Origin: a virus | Lineage: Duplodnaviria; Caudoviricetes | Virus record (IMG/VR): IMGVR_UViG_3300037307_000196 | Span: 1 to 43,441 of that record | Reading direction: 5' to 3' (one strand) | DNA: 43,441 nt | Shown here: positions 26,670 to 35,855 of the stretch, piece after piece | Layout of the letters: each line of letters begins with the position of its first letter | Position numbering within the stretch: position 1 is the stretch's first letter | Notes under the pieces: generated by a model | The model's database searches: none | Told to the model about the DNA's origin: nothing | Seen by the model: only the letters and a program-made list of their open reading frames with translations | Program-made: the position numbers and the translations under genes

Positions 26670-26912
26670 ATGGCAGCAGAGCGGCCCAAGCGGAGGAAGC
26701 CGAGCCCGACGGAGGAGCTGTTCAAGCAAGTGCTGTCGAAGCTGACCGGGCAGGACACGCGCCTCTCGTCGATCGAACAGCAGCTCGTCTTGACGCAGAA
26801 CGAGCTGGTCCGGCACGGGAGGCTGATCGAGGAGGTCAATAACCGCTGTATCGAGAAGCTGGGCCTGCAATGCGCGGCGCTGCCGCAGGGCGATGAGGAC
26901 GACGAGCCTTGA
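26670..26912 (+). CDS. Small coiled-coil protein
   Basis: ATG 1 nt after previous stop; heptad pattern LSSIEQQLVLTQNEL; TTGA overlap with next. Confidence 0.6.
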   Translation: MAAERPKRRKPSPTEELFKQVLSKLTGQDTRLSSIEQQLVLTQNELVRHGRLIEEVNNRCIEKLGLQCAALPQGDEDDEP

Positions 26913-27592
26913 GCAACATCGAGACTGGCGCTACCGAGCCGATCGTCAGCCTGGTCCTCGACCAGCTCGGGCAACCCCTGACCGGCAAGACGAACATCAA
27001 GGCCCGCGTCTGGCGCGTCTCCGACGGGAAGTTCCTCGATTGGTCGGACATGACGTTCAAGGTTGCCGGCTCCGTGTCGCAGCTCTTGCAGGCGATGGCG
27101 GAGGTCAGCGCGACCGCCGCGCCTGGGGAGTACCGGACCGCGCTCGACACCTCGCTCATCGCGAACCCGATTGCCGACGACACGTACATGGTGACGGTCG
27201 TGCAGGATGGGGTGAACGGCGCGGCGAACATGCCGCAGGTCGGGGAGGCTCGAGTCGGCCAGTGGGTCGACAAGATCGGGAACGTCTACTCGGTGCTCTG
27301 CTCCTTCAGCTTCAACCCGACGGCAGACCGACTCGAGGGCGTGGTATGGGTTGAGAGCGGGAACTTCGTCCTCAACTCGCCGGCCCTCGGGGCCTGCGAG
27401 GTCCGGTGGTTCAACCGGGATGGCTCCTTGCTGTTCTCGATGACCGACGCCGCACCCGATACGCAGGGCTTCTACAAGGTCGAGAAGCAGGGGCCGGGGC
27501 TCGCCAAGAACCAGCTCTACTATGCTGTCGCCTCCGTCGTGATCACCGGGGTCGGAACGGTGACGGGCGGCAAGGGCAACTTCACCTTCTGA
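26909..27592 (+). CDS. Probable virion structural protein
   Basis: Beta-rich (PLTGKTNIK.RVWR.SDGKFLDW), coupled to neighbours. Confidence 0.7.
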   Translation: MSNIETGATEPIVSLVLDQLGQPLTGKTNIKARVWRVSDGKFLDWSDMTFKVAGSVSQLLQAMAEVSATAAPGEYRTALDTSLIANPIADDTYMVTVVQDGVNGAANMPQVGEARVGQWVDKIGNVYSVLCSFSFNPTADRLEGVVWVESGNFVLNSPALGACEVRWFNRDGSLLFSMTDAAPDTQGFYKVEKQGPGLAKNQLYYAVASVVITGVGTVTGGKGNFTF

Positions 27593-28116
27593 TGCTGCTG
27601 TACTCGCCAGAGCACCGGGGCTCGCAGCCCATCCTGCTCGACGAGGACACCTTCCCCTACGGGCTCGGCCCAGCCCTCAAGCTGATCGGCAGCAGGGGCT
27701 TGGAGACGCAGCCCCTCTTCCTGCTCCCGGAGCGGGTGGAGCAGTACGACGCCTGCATGCTGCTCCGGTTAGGGCTGGACGCAACGACCGCGCTGCGGCT
27801 AGCTGCTGACGCGGAGCTTGCCGTGCCCGTCGGATCAGACGCGGTGCTCCAGCTCCGGCAGCTCGAGGATGCCCTCGCGGCTCTGCGGCTCGCGCTCGAC
27901 GGAAGTGCCGAGGTCGAGGTTCAGGACGCGATCGACGCCGCTGTCCAGAGCTTGGCCGAGGCGTCTGCGGTGCTCGCTGTTGCCGGCGAGCCGACCGCGA
28001 CGCTTGGACTCGGCGATGATGGAAGTGGTAGGATACTGCTCGGTCCCGATGCAGAAGCGACGCTTGAGGTCGGGGTGGAAGCTGCGGTACAGCTAGCCTT
28101 CGAGGTCTGCACATGA
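27592..28116 (+). CDS. Acidic Ala/Leu-rich hypothetical protein
   Basis: TGATG coupling upstream, ATGA coupling downstream. Confidence 0.55.
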   Translation: MLLYSPEHRGSQPILLDEDTFPYGLGPALKLIGSRGLETQPLFLLPERVEQYDACMLLRLGLDATTALRLAADAELAVPVGSDAVLQLRQLEDALAALRLALDGSAEVEVQDAIDAAVQSLAEASAVLAVAGEPTATLGLGDDGSGRILLGPDAEATLEVGVEAAVQLAFEVCT

Positions 28117-28523
28117 GCGTCAAGTACGACATGACCGCCGAGGCGCTGCTCGCCGCAGGCTACCGCCCGATCCACGCTGGCGACGACTACGACCACCGCT
28201 TCCAGCTCCTCCGCAACGGGGCGGTTCTCCCGTTGTCCGGGGTCGGGGTCAAGGTCTGGCTGACCGTCAAGGAGTCGTCGATCAAGGCCGACGCCGACGC
28301 GAAGCTCCAGCTCTCATCCGCATCGTCGACGCAGATCGAGATCACCGACGCGGCGAATGGGCGGTTCGTGGTCAAGTTCAGGGCCGGCAGCACCGACGAC
28401 CTGGAAGGGATTTGGGAGTACGACATCCAAGTCAAGGCGTACGTCGACGCGGTGCTGAAGGTGATGACCGTCGCCTACGGTGCGATCGAGTTCCTCCGCA
28501 ACATCACGAGAGCAACGACATAG
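28113..28523 (+). CDS. BppU N-terminal-like Ig-fold virion protein
   Basis: I.AGDD..F..IEITDAANGRFVV..T..L.G.WEYDIQV pattern. Confidence 0.65.
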   Translation: MSVKYDMTAEALLAAGYRPIHAGDDYDHRFQLLRNGAVLPLSGVGVKVWLTVKESSIKADADAKLQLSSASSTQIEITDAANGRFVVKFRAGSTDDLEGIWEYDIQVKAYVDAVLKVMTVAYGAIEFLRNITRATT

Positions 28524-28532
28524 GAGCACGCC

Positions 28533-28952
28533 ATGAACAACGCGCAGCTTCGGAGCAAGCCCTTCTACATCCGACACCGCGAGGTGGAGGGTGCGCCCGT
28601 CGCGGCCGACACGGCGACGCTGGCCGACCTGCTCGCGGCAAACCCGAGGAGCACGGCCGACTGCGCCGGCTACAAGACGGTCAAGGGCTTCGTCAAGCTG
28701 ACCGGCGGTGCGGCCCCGACCGTGGTGCTCCAGCCGGTCGAGCTGGTGAAGCTGCCGGACGGGACGGAGTTCTTCGCCGTGGCCGGAGCAAACACCGGAG
28801 CCCTCGCGAACGGCGACGCCTTCGAGCTGACCGCGAGCGGGGCCTTTCTGTTCCTGCGACTCAACACGGTGACGAACGGCCCGACCAAGGTCGAGCTGTT
28901 CATCGCCGGTGCGGAGACGATGCCGGGCACGCCGGGTGCCGGGAGGAGCTAG
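28533..28952 (+). CDS. Probable virion protein
   Basis: AGGAG RBS; biased codons; precedes head-tail adaptor. Confidence 0.7.
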   Translation: MNNAQLRSKPFYIRHREVEGAPVAADTATLADLLAANPRSTADCAGYKTVKGFVKLTGGAAPTVVLQPVELVKLPDGTEFFAVAGANTGALANGDAFELTASGAFLFLRLNTVTNGPTKVELFIAGAETMPGTPGAGRS

Positions 28953-28955
28953 CCC

Positions 28956-29675
28956 GTGGGCAACTACGTGACGGTAGCAGAGGTGCGAGCGGAGGGCGTG
29001 CCCGCCACCGTCAGCGACGCTCGCATCGAAGCCAGGATCGCGAAGTGGGAGCAGATCGTCGAGCAGCTCACGGGCAACGTGTTCCGCGTGCTCGAACCCG
29101 GCGAGCTTGTCTTCGACGGGAACAACATGAGCATCCTGCACTTCAACCTGCCGCTGGTCTCCGTGTCGTCGGTGAAGATCAACGACGAGACGACCGCGCT
29201 CGGGGTCGACGAGTATCGGGCCTACGTCGGGAAGACCCCGCCGCAGGATGACCGCCGGAACCCCAAGATCGAGCTGACCCCGACGGGGAACGTCAGCGTG
29301 ATCTTCCGCAGCGCGCCGGATGTCTTCCTCAAGGGCTACGACCAGCGCATCACGGCGAAGTGGGGCTTCGTCGACCCGGACCCGGCGACGCCCGGCAGCT
29401 ACATCACGCCGCCGGCGATCGAGGGCGCGATCGTCCAGCTCGTGTGCTACGACCTCGACGGGTACATGGACGCAGGATCGGACGCGGCGCGGACGAAGAC
29501 ACGGGAGCGCACCGACGGGCATGAGGTCGAGTGGTCCGACGCGGTGCAGTCGCAGTGGGCCAGCATCCCGGCCGACGTTGCTGAGATCCTGAAGCTGTAC
29601 CGCAGGCCGCAGGTGATCACGGCCCCGGACCCGCTCATCGTTGCGGACCCGAGCGCGGCGATCGCGGGGTACTGA
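28956..29675 (+). CDS. Head-tail adaptor (gp6/gp15-like connector)
   Basis: YVTVAEVRAEG..IEARI..VEQLTG.VF..FDG..PLVSVSSV..PPAIEGA..VAEILKLYRR. Confidence 0.75.
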   Translation: MGNYVTVAEVRAEGVPATVSDARIEARIAKWEQIVEQLTGNVFRVLEPGELVFDGNNMSILHFNLPLVSVSSVKINDETTALGVDEYRAYVGKTPPQDDRRNPKIELTPTGNVSVIFRSAPDVFLKGYDQRITAKWGFVDPDPATPGSYITPPAIEGAIVQLVCYDLDGYMDAGSDAARTKTRERTDGHEVEWSDAVQSQWASIPADVAEILKLYRRPQVITAPDPLIVADPSAAIAGY

Positions 29676-30094
29676 TGCGCCCGTCGCTTATCCACCCGAT
29701 CCCGGTCTACCTGCGGCAGATCGACCGCAAGCTGACCGCTGTGCAGGACGACAACCTGCACGAGCCAGTCGGCCAGGTGCGCCGGCCGCCGGCTCCGGTG
29801 CGGCTGTACGCGCAAGTGAGCTGGGGCCGAGACAAGGACCAGGAGCAGGCCGAGGGAGGAAGGGCCGGGTCGGCAGATGGCTACCTGCTGTTCCGTACGT
29901 CTGACCTTCGGGCCGCTCGCGTTGTGCTCGATGTCGGGGACCGCGTGACGCAGATCGGGGACGGCACCGCCGCGCAGGAGACTGACCTCTACCTCGTCGG
30001 CTTCAAGTGGATGGGCCACTACCAGGACCAGCACGGCGCGTCGCTGGTCCGCGCGTACTTCGAGGATCGGACACCGTCGCGGGTGCGGGCATAG
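29675..30094 (+). CDS. Head closure/head-tail joining protein
   Basis: Position after adaptor; beta-rich with GDRV motif. Confidence 0.65.
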   Translation: MRPSLIHPIPVYLRQIDRKLTAVQDDNLHEPVGQVRRPPAPVRLYAQVSWGRDKDQEQAEGGRAGSADGYLLFRTSDLRAARVVLDVGDRVTQIGDGTAAQETDLYLVGFKWMGHYQDQHGASLVRAYFEDRTPSRVRA

Positions 30095-30095
30095 G

Positions 30096-30686
30096 ATGGG
30101 GTTCGGGCTGAAGCTGATTGGCTTCGACAAGCTCAAGGACATCTTCGCGCCGACGAAGGTCCCCGTGCGGTTGCGGAAGCACGTTGGCAAGGCAACCGAC
30201 CTGAACGCACAGCTCGGGGCGAGCGCGGTTATCCGCGCGATCCAGGCCGGTGTCCCGCCCGCAAACTCTCCGTTGACCGTTATCCTGAAGGGTAGTAGCC
30301 GCACGCTGGTTGACAGCGGCGCGCTCGCAGGATCGATCGTCGGGAAGGGCGTTGCGTGGGACGAAGGGCATATCGGAGCCCTCCGAAAGAAGCGCACGAA
30401 GAAAGTCTCGAAGAAGGTCGCCGGCGCGAAGTACACAACAGACATCGCCGCGCTGCTCTACTTCGGGGCAACGATCCAGGTCACGGACAAGATGCGCCGC
30501 TTGTTCTTCGCCCTTTCGCATAGCAAGAAGTACAAAGGCAAGATCAAGCCGCTCTCGCAGAAAACGAAGGTCATCGTCATCCCGCCCCGCCGCTACCTGG
30601 ACGCGGCCTTGACCCCGCAGATGGAGCAGCGGTACAAGGACAACTGGCTCGACGCCGTAGAACGTACGCTTCGCGGAGAGGACTGA
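30096..30686 (+). CDS. Neck/tail completion (virion morphogenesis) protein
   Basis: PANSPLT..KGSSRTLVDSGAL..SI, A..L.FG, VIPPRRYL. Confidence 0.75.
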   Translation: MGFGLKLIGFDKLKDIFAPTKVPVRLRKHVGKATDLNAQLGASAVIRAIQAGVPPANSPLTVILKGSSRTLVDSGALAGSIVGKGVAWDEGHIGALRKKRTKKVSKKVAGAKYTTDIAALLYFGATIQVTDKMRRLFFALSHSKKYKGKIKPLSQKTKVIVIPPRRYLDAALTPQMEQRYKDNWLDAVERTLRGED

Positions 30687-31939
30687 TGGGCCTGGAGAAG
30701 CTAGCCATCCCGCTGGTGTTCGAGGAGGCGTGCCGCTCCCGGCTCACGTTCAGCGACTCGACAAAGATCCGGCTCAACCCGTCGACGAATCGAATCGAGC
30801 TTGCGCGGCAGAGCTACGACCCGGTCACGCGGCTCCCGGTTTACCCGGTAGGAACCCGGTACTGGGTTCGGTCGTGGGCCGTGAGCCCGGCCGCGATGAG
30901 GAGCTGGATCGGGTTCGCGTGCGAACCGATCGACGACGTGCTGCCGGCAGGGACGAGCATCCGCTTCCGTCTGAACGATGGGACGAGCGACCGCGCGTAC
31001 GTCGGCGGGACGTGGGCCGCTGCTGGCGCGAACGACTGGAACACGCAGGCCGAGGTCGCCGCGAACATCGGCAGCTTCCCGACTTCGAGCGGCAGCATTG
31101 CCGTTGTCATTGGCCTCGCAACGACCGACGCGAGCCAGACCCCGTGGTGCGAGTACGCCGACCTGCTCATGCAAGCGGAGCTGGAATGGATGTACTCGCT
31201 CATCGCGTCGAGCGTTGTCCCGGAGCTGCGCGAATGCCTGCGGGCGCCGGTCGACTTCGCTGTTGACGCGCCAGGCGGAACGAAGGTCAGCCTGCTCGAC
31301 GTAGAGACCCCGTTCAACATCCTCTCGGTCGACGCGGTTTACAGCCACCTGGCCGACCCCAAGCACCTAACGAGCATCCTCCAGTCCTACGACGCGGCGA
31401 GCAAGAGCATCGTGCTGTCGTCGTCGGTCGCGCGCGGAGCGCCCCTGTGGATCACGTTCACGGCCGAGCCGGAGGTTGTCGTCAACTGGGCGAGCCAAGA
31501 CTACGTCGAGGTCGAGAAGATCCCGGCGCTCGTGGTCGATGCCATCACGATCACGCAGGTCCAGAACTGGGCGCAGCAGGCGGTCAAGAACGCCGCTGCG
31601 AGCACGGCCGTCGTGAAGCGGCGGCCACTTAGACTTACGATTCGCTTTGAGGTAGTATTGCTGGCGGAAAAGACCCGGACCCTGCTAGCAATGATGAGCA
31701 AGGCGATGCGCTTCGTTTCCGACCACCCGGAGCTGCGGTGGCGCGACCTCGACCAGACGGTCTCGCTACGTGCTACGGGTGGTCCGTCGTTTGCGCAGCG
31801 CCCGAACCTGAGCGACAAGCACGAGGCGGTGCTGAGCTTGGAGCTTCAGAACGTCTACTTCTGGGTCGCACCCGACGAGACGATGCCGCTCGTGGAGCGG
31901 CTGAACTTGACCCTCGCCAGGCTCCAGAGTCCGCTCTGA
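30686..31939 (+). CDS. Probable tail terminator with N-terminal extra domain
   Basis: Directly before sheath; C-terminal KIPALVV..RPLRLTIRFEV segment. Confidence 0.55.
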   Translation: MGLEKLAIPLVFEEACRSRLTFSDSTKIRLNPSTNRIELARQSYDPVTRLPVYPVGTRYWVRSWAVSPAAMRSWIGFACEPIDDVLPAGTSIRFRLNDGTSDRAYVGGTWAAAGANDWNTQAEVAANIGSFPTSSGSIAVVIGLATTDASQTPWCEYADLLMQAELEWMYSLIASSVVPELRECLRAPVDFAVDAPGGTKVSLLDVETPFNILSVDAVYSHLADPKHLTSILQSYDAASKSIVLSSSVARGAPLWITFTAEPEVVVNWASQDYVEVEKIPALVVDAITITQVQNWAQQAVKNAAASTAVVKRRPLRLTIRFEVVLLAEKTRTLLAMMSKAMRFVSDHPELRWRDLDQTVSLRATGGPSFAQRPNLSDKHEAVLSLELQNVYFWVAPDETMPLVERLNLTLARLQSPL

Positions 31940-31973
31940 CCAGGGGACGCCTGGGTAGCAAGGAGAGCAAGCT

Positions 31974-34313
31974 ATGGCACAGCGACGATTCGGACCCACC
32001 CTGGATGCCGGCACGGTCATCATCGAGAAGGAGGCCGAGAAGGCAATCCAGGCGCACGCCCTCGGCTGCACCGCGTACACCGGCATCCTCGAGCGGGGCA
32101 CGGTCGGCGACCTGATCATCACGTCCGGCAAGAAGGACTTGCTCGCGAAGACGGGCGGCCTGATCCCGGACAGCCTGCTGCCCGACGCGGCTCAGGACTT
32201 CTGGGACTACTCGAAGGGCGCCGGCATCCTGTTCCTCTACCGTGTCGACGACGGCACCGGGGTCAAGGCCGAGCTTCAGCTCTGGGACCGCAAGGCGCCC
32301 CGGAACAAGGTGATCAAGGTCGAAGCGGACAACGTCGGCAAGTGGGCCGGCGCGACGGACGCGATCGTCGCCGACCTGACCGACGTTTCGCTGGACATCG
32401 CCGAGACGACGGTGCAGATGCCCCTCGGCCTGCTCATGCCGGTGAACAAGTGGAAGGGCGGGCAGCTCACCCTGACCGGCTCGAGCAAGACCTACAACAT
32501 CATCTCGAACACCGTCGGCAACGCGACGACCCGCGCCACCATCACGCTAGCCGCGGACAGCAAGGCGAAGACCGACTTCGGCGCGGCGACGGACAAGGAG
32601 TGCACCCTCGTCAAGAGCAACGCCGACGCATGGGGCCGCGCGCGGCACCTCGCGATCGAGATCCTCGACGGGCAGCTCAACCCAGGCACCGAATGGGGGA
32701 TGAAGGTCTACGTCAACGACGAGCTGGTCAAGACGTACCCCGACCTCTCCTCGGACCCCAACTCGGCGAGCTACTTCGCCGAGATCATCAACCGCGACCT
32801 GAACGGCTACATCAAGGTCACGGACCAGTGGACCGGCGCGATCACCGCCGACGTGCGGCCGGCCAACTGGTTCGGCAGCCTCTCCAGTTCCGAGATCAGC
32901 GAGCAGGAGATCGACCTCGCCACGGCGCTGGTCCGCATCGACGCCTCGCTGGCCGGGACCAACACGCTCGCGTCCTTCACCTTCGGCACGCAGGTCGTCC
33001 CCGACACCTACGAGCTGGAGGTGATGAGCATCGGGCCGACGGTGTGGGAGCTGCGGTCGCTCTCGCGCCAGACAAAGCATACGTTCACCGCGCCGACGGA
33101 CGGGGCCGCGTACCCGGCGGATAACCCATTCTCGATCGGTTTCACGGCGACCGGGGTGACTCCGGTGGTCGGCGAGAAGTGGACGCTCTACGTGCTGCCG
33201 CTCGTCGAGGACGAAGCGATCAACGGGAGCATCTTCTTCCCCGAGGTGAGCGGCGCCCCGAAGGGCGGCTGGTACATCACGGACAACAACGAAACGACCG
33301 TGGACATCGGCAGCGGCGACCTGACGCTGGGAGGCGGGCTGCCGGGAACGGTGAAGGTTCGGCTCCAGTACCGCCAGAAGATGTGGTTCGGCTACGACGG
33401 GATCTACGCCCTGGCCGATGCGCACTTCACGGCGGCCTACGACCCCAACACCTCGCCGTTCAACAAGACGGAGGGGCAGGGGTACGGGCTCATCAAGCAC
33501 GCGACGCCCGGCGTGTGGGCCCTCACCGGGGTCGATGCGACGGTGGTGCAGAAGGCCGGCAAGGACTACGCCGAGACGAAGAACCACCAGTACCGGGGCG
33601 AGTTCGAGGAAACGGTGGTCGACGAGTTCGTCGCCAAGGCGTACCTGAACGACACGCTCGGGCGCAGCGACTACCTGAAGATGATCTTCCCGAGCTACGC
33701 CCGCGTTTCCGACCCGGTGAAGTCCGGGCTGCTAAAGCTGGTGAGCATCACCGGCATGGTGCATGGGCTCGAGGCCAAGACGGCGAAGGACTACGACGGC
33801 TACCACAAGGTCGCCGCCGGCATCTACACCGGGCTCTCGAGGATCAAGCAGCTCCCGACCGGGGACACCCGCCTCAACGGCGAGGTGCTGAACCCGGCAG
33901 GGATCCAGCGTGTCGAGCGCAGGGCCGGCAACTTCGTGGTCTGGGGTGCGCGGCTCGGTGCGCTGGACCAGGCGTGGAAGTGGAGCCAGCAGCGCGAGTC
34001 GCTCTCGTACTACGAGCACGTCCTCGCCGAGAGCTTCGACTGGATCATCTTCGCGATCAACGATCCGGTCGAGCAGGCCGGCGCTATCGCGGCGGTCCAG
34101 TCATTCTTCATGCCCGAGTGGCGCAAGCGGGCGCTGCGCGGCGACACCTTCGAGGACGCCTGCCAGATCAAGTGCGACGACGAGAACAACACCGACGCGA
34201 CCCGCGCCGCGGGGGACATGAACATGGAGATCACACTCCAGCTCGCAGACACGATCGAGCGGTTCATCATCTCCATCGGCAAGATGGGCATCTTCGAGTC
34301 GACGGCCGGCTAG
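31974..34313 (+). CDS. Contractile tail sheath protein
   Basis: TAYTGILERG N-terminus; LNPAGIQ..VVWGARL..FDWIIFAIND..WRKRAL.G..IKCDDENNT..ERFII C-terminus. Confidence 0.92.
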   Translation: MAQRRFGPTLDAGTVIIEKEAEKAIQAHALGCTAYTGILERGTVGDLIITSGKKDLLAKTGGLIPDSLLPDAAQDFWDYSKGAGILFLYRVDDGTGVKAELQLWDRKAPRNKVIKVEADNVGKWAGATDAIVADLTDVSLDIAETTVQMPLGLLMPVNKWKGGQLTLTGSSKTYNIISNTVGNATTRATITLAADSKAKTDFGAATDKECTLVKSNADAWGRARHLAIEILDGQLNPGTEWGMKVYVNDELVKTYPDLSSDPNSASYFAEIINRDLNGYIKVTDQWTGAITADVRPANWFGSLSSSEISEQEIDLATALVRIDASLAGTNTLASFTFGTQVVPDTYELEVMSIGPTVWELRSLSRQTKHTFTAPTDGAAYPADNPFSIGFTATGVTPVVGEKWTLYVLPLVEDEAINGSIFFPEVSGAPKGGWYITDNNETTVDIGSGDLTLGGGLPGTVKVRLQYRQKMWFGYDGIYALADAHFTAAYDPNTSPFNKTEGQGYGLIKHATPGVWALTGVDATVVQKAGKDYAETKNHQYRGEFEETVVDEFVAKAYLNDTLGRSDYLKMIFPSYARVSDPVKSGLLKLVSITGMVHGLEAKTAKDYDGYHKVAAGIYTGLSRIKQLPTGDTRLNGEVLNPAGIQRVERRAGNFVVWGARLGALDQAWKWSQQRESLSYYEHVLAESFDWIIFAINDPVEQAGAIAAVQSFFMPEWRKRALRGDTFEDACQIKCDDENNTDATRAAGDMNMEITLQLADTIERFIISIGKMGIFESTAG

Positions 34314-34343
34314 CCCGCTGACGACCTGGGAAGGAGCTGAGCA

Positions 34344-34787
34344 ATGGCGATCAAGAACGTCCTCAAGGTCAACCGGGTGCAGGTCAACAAGTTCCAGTTG
34401 ACCATCGCGCCCGGCGTCGGCTCGCCGCTGTTCACCACGATCAGCGGTCTCGAGGAGGAGCTGGACACGGTCGATCTGCCCGACCGCACCTCGCGCAGCG
34501 GTGGCCGCGAGAAGCAGCTCGAGTTCGAGGTGCAGCAGCCCATGCACCACGACCTCGAAGTGCTCGCGATGGAAGCCTGGTATCGGATGTGCAAGATGTC
34601 GCTACCGCTGTACCTCAAGCTCGGGACGCTCGTGCTGTTCGACGAGTGGGGCATCCCGCGCCGCAGGTACACGCTGCCGAACCTATGGATCAGCAAGCGG
34701 TCGCACTCCGAGTTGGACCTCGACAACGACGGCGAGATGTCCACGATCACCTGGACGCTGAAGGCCGACCAGATCATCCCGATGTAG
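34344..34787 (+). CDS. Tail tube protein (T4 gp19-like)
   Basis: NKFQL..FTTISGLE..GTLVLFDE.G..RRYTL.N.W.SK..ELD; follows sheath. Confidence 0.85.
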   Translation: MAIKNVLKVNRVQVNKFQLTIAPGVGSPLFTTISGLEEELDTVDLPDRTSRSGGREKQLEFEVQQPMHHDLEVLAMEAWYRMCKMSLPLYLKLGTLVLFDEWGIPRRRYTLPNLWISKRSHSELDLDNDGEMSTITWTLKADQIIPM

Positions 34788-34794
34788 CCATCCG

Positions 34795-34817
34795 GGTTTT
34801 CCGATGTTCGGAAAACC
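34795..34817. repeat. Palindromic motif copy 3 (intergenic, tube-chaperone)
   Basis: GGTTTTCCGA-TGT-TCGGAAAACC. Confidence 0.75.
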
Positions 34818-34870
34818 GGGGCTCGTCCTTCACAAGTGCCCCGGCGCGGGCATAGTTGGGAGGCTGCCCG

Positions 34871-35701
34871 TTGAGAACCACGACCATCAAGGAGCTGGGC
34901 TCGAAGCTGCCGATCGGCGAGCTGGCCAACGGCGTGCTGCACAAGGACTTCACGCTCAGGGCGTACAAGGGCCGCGTAGACCGGCACCTCGCGGTGTGGC
35001 GGGAGGCGAACGAGGGAAAGAGCATGGCTCACCTCGCGGCCAAGTACCTCTCGCTGATCGTCGCCGCGGCCGGCCGTTCCGCGTTCGAGCTGACCCCCGA
35101 CGGCAACTCGAACGCGGAGCAGGAGTTCAAGGTCGGGGACTGGTACTTCGCCGACGCGATGTACCTCTACGTCTACTCCAGGATCGTCAGCGTCTCGGAG
35201 TGGATCGAAGTCCCGTTCATGTGCCCGAAGTGCAAGACGCAGGGCGTGCTGAAGGCCGACCTCCGAAGCACCGAGGTCCGCGTGCTGGAGAGCCCGGCCG
35301 AGCTGTCGACGTGGGTCGAGCTGCAAGATGGCTTCAAGATCGACGGGAAGCTGGTCCGGCGGCTGAAGCTGCACCCGGTCAGGTTCCGAGCGATGACGCT
35401 GCCGGGGCAGGGCCAGACAGACGTGGGATCCCTAACCTACTCGCAGCTCCGCGAGTCGATCGTGGAGATGGAGGGCACCCAGCCGGGGACGATCCCGACG
35501 GACGCAGACCTCGACGAGCTGACGAAGCGCGACCTGCTCCGCATCGACCGGCAGACCTCGACGGTCGCGGCCGGGATCGATCTTCGGACCGTCGTGACCT
35601 GCCCGAAGGAGAGCTGCGGCTTCAAGGTGCGGGACGCGCTCAACTGGGCCTTTGACCCTTTCTTCGATGCTTCAGTGCCTCTGTCGGCGCTGAAGAGTTG
35701 A
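34871..35701 (+). CDS. Tail assembly chaperone (Zn-binding)
   Basis: GGGAGG RBS then TTG 34871; CPKC and CPKESC motifs; between tube and tape measure. Confidence 0.8.
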   Translation: MRTTTIKELGSKLPIGELANGVLHKDFTLRAYKGRVDRHLAVWREANEGKSMAHLAAKYLSLIVAAAGRSAFELTPDGNSNAEQEFKVGDWYFADAMYLYVYSRIVSVSEWIEVPFMCPKCKTQGVLKADLRSTEVRVLESPAELSTWVELQDGFKIDGKLVRRLKLHPVRFRAMTLPGQGQTDVGSLTYSQLRESIVEMEGTQPGTIPTDADLDELTKRDLLRIDRQTSTVAAGIDLRTVVTCPKESCGFKVRDALNWAFDPFFDASVPLSALKS

Positions 35702-35853
35702 GGGAGGAGATCCACGCGCTGCTCTGGTACGGCAAGGGGTTCGGGTTTAGCGACGCGCTTGAGCTGACGCCGAAGGAGCGCGGGTGGTTCTTGAAGCGGA
35801 TTACGCGCCAGCTCAAGGCTGAAGCGCAGGCCATGAAGGGTAAGAAGGGCTGA
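35656..35853 (+). CDS. -1 frameshift extension of the tail chaperone (gpGT-like)
   Basis: In-phase slippery heptamer C CCT TTC (35656-62); -1 frame open from 35656 to TGA 35853 (..LREEIHALLWYGKGFGFSDALELTPKERGWFLKRI). Confidence 0.7.
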   Translation, partial: PFLRCFSASVGAEELREEIHALLWYGKGFGFSDALELTPKERGWFLKRITRQLKAEAQAMKGKKG

Positions 35854-35855
35854 CG

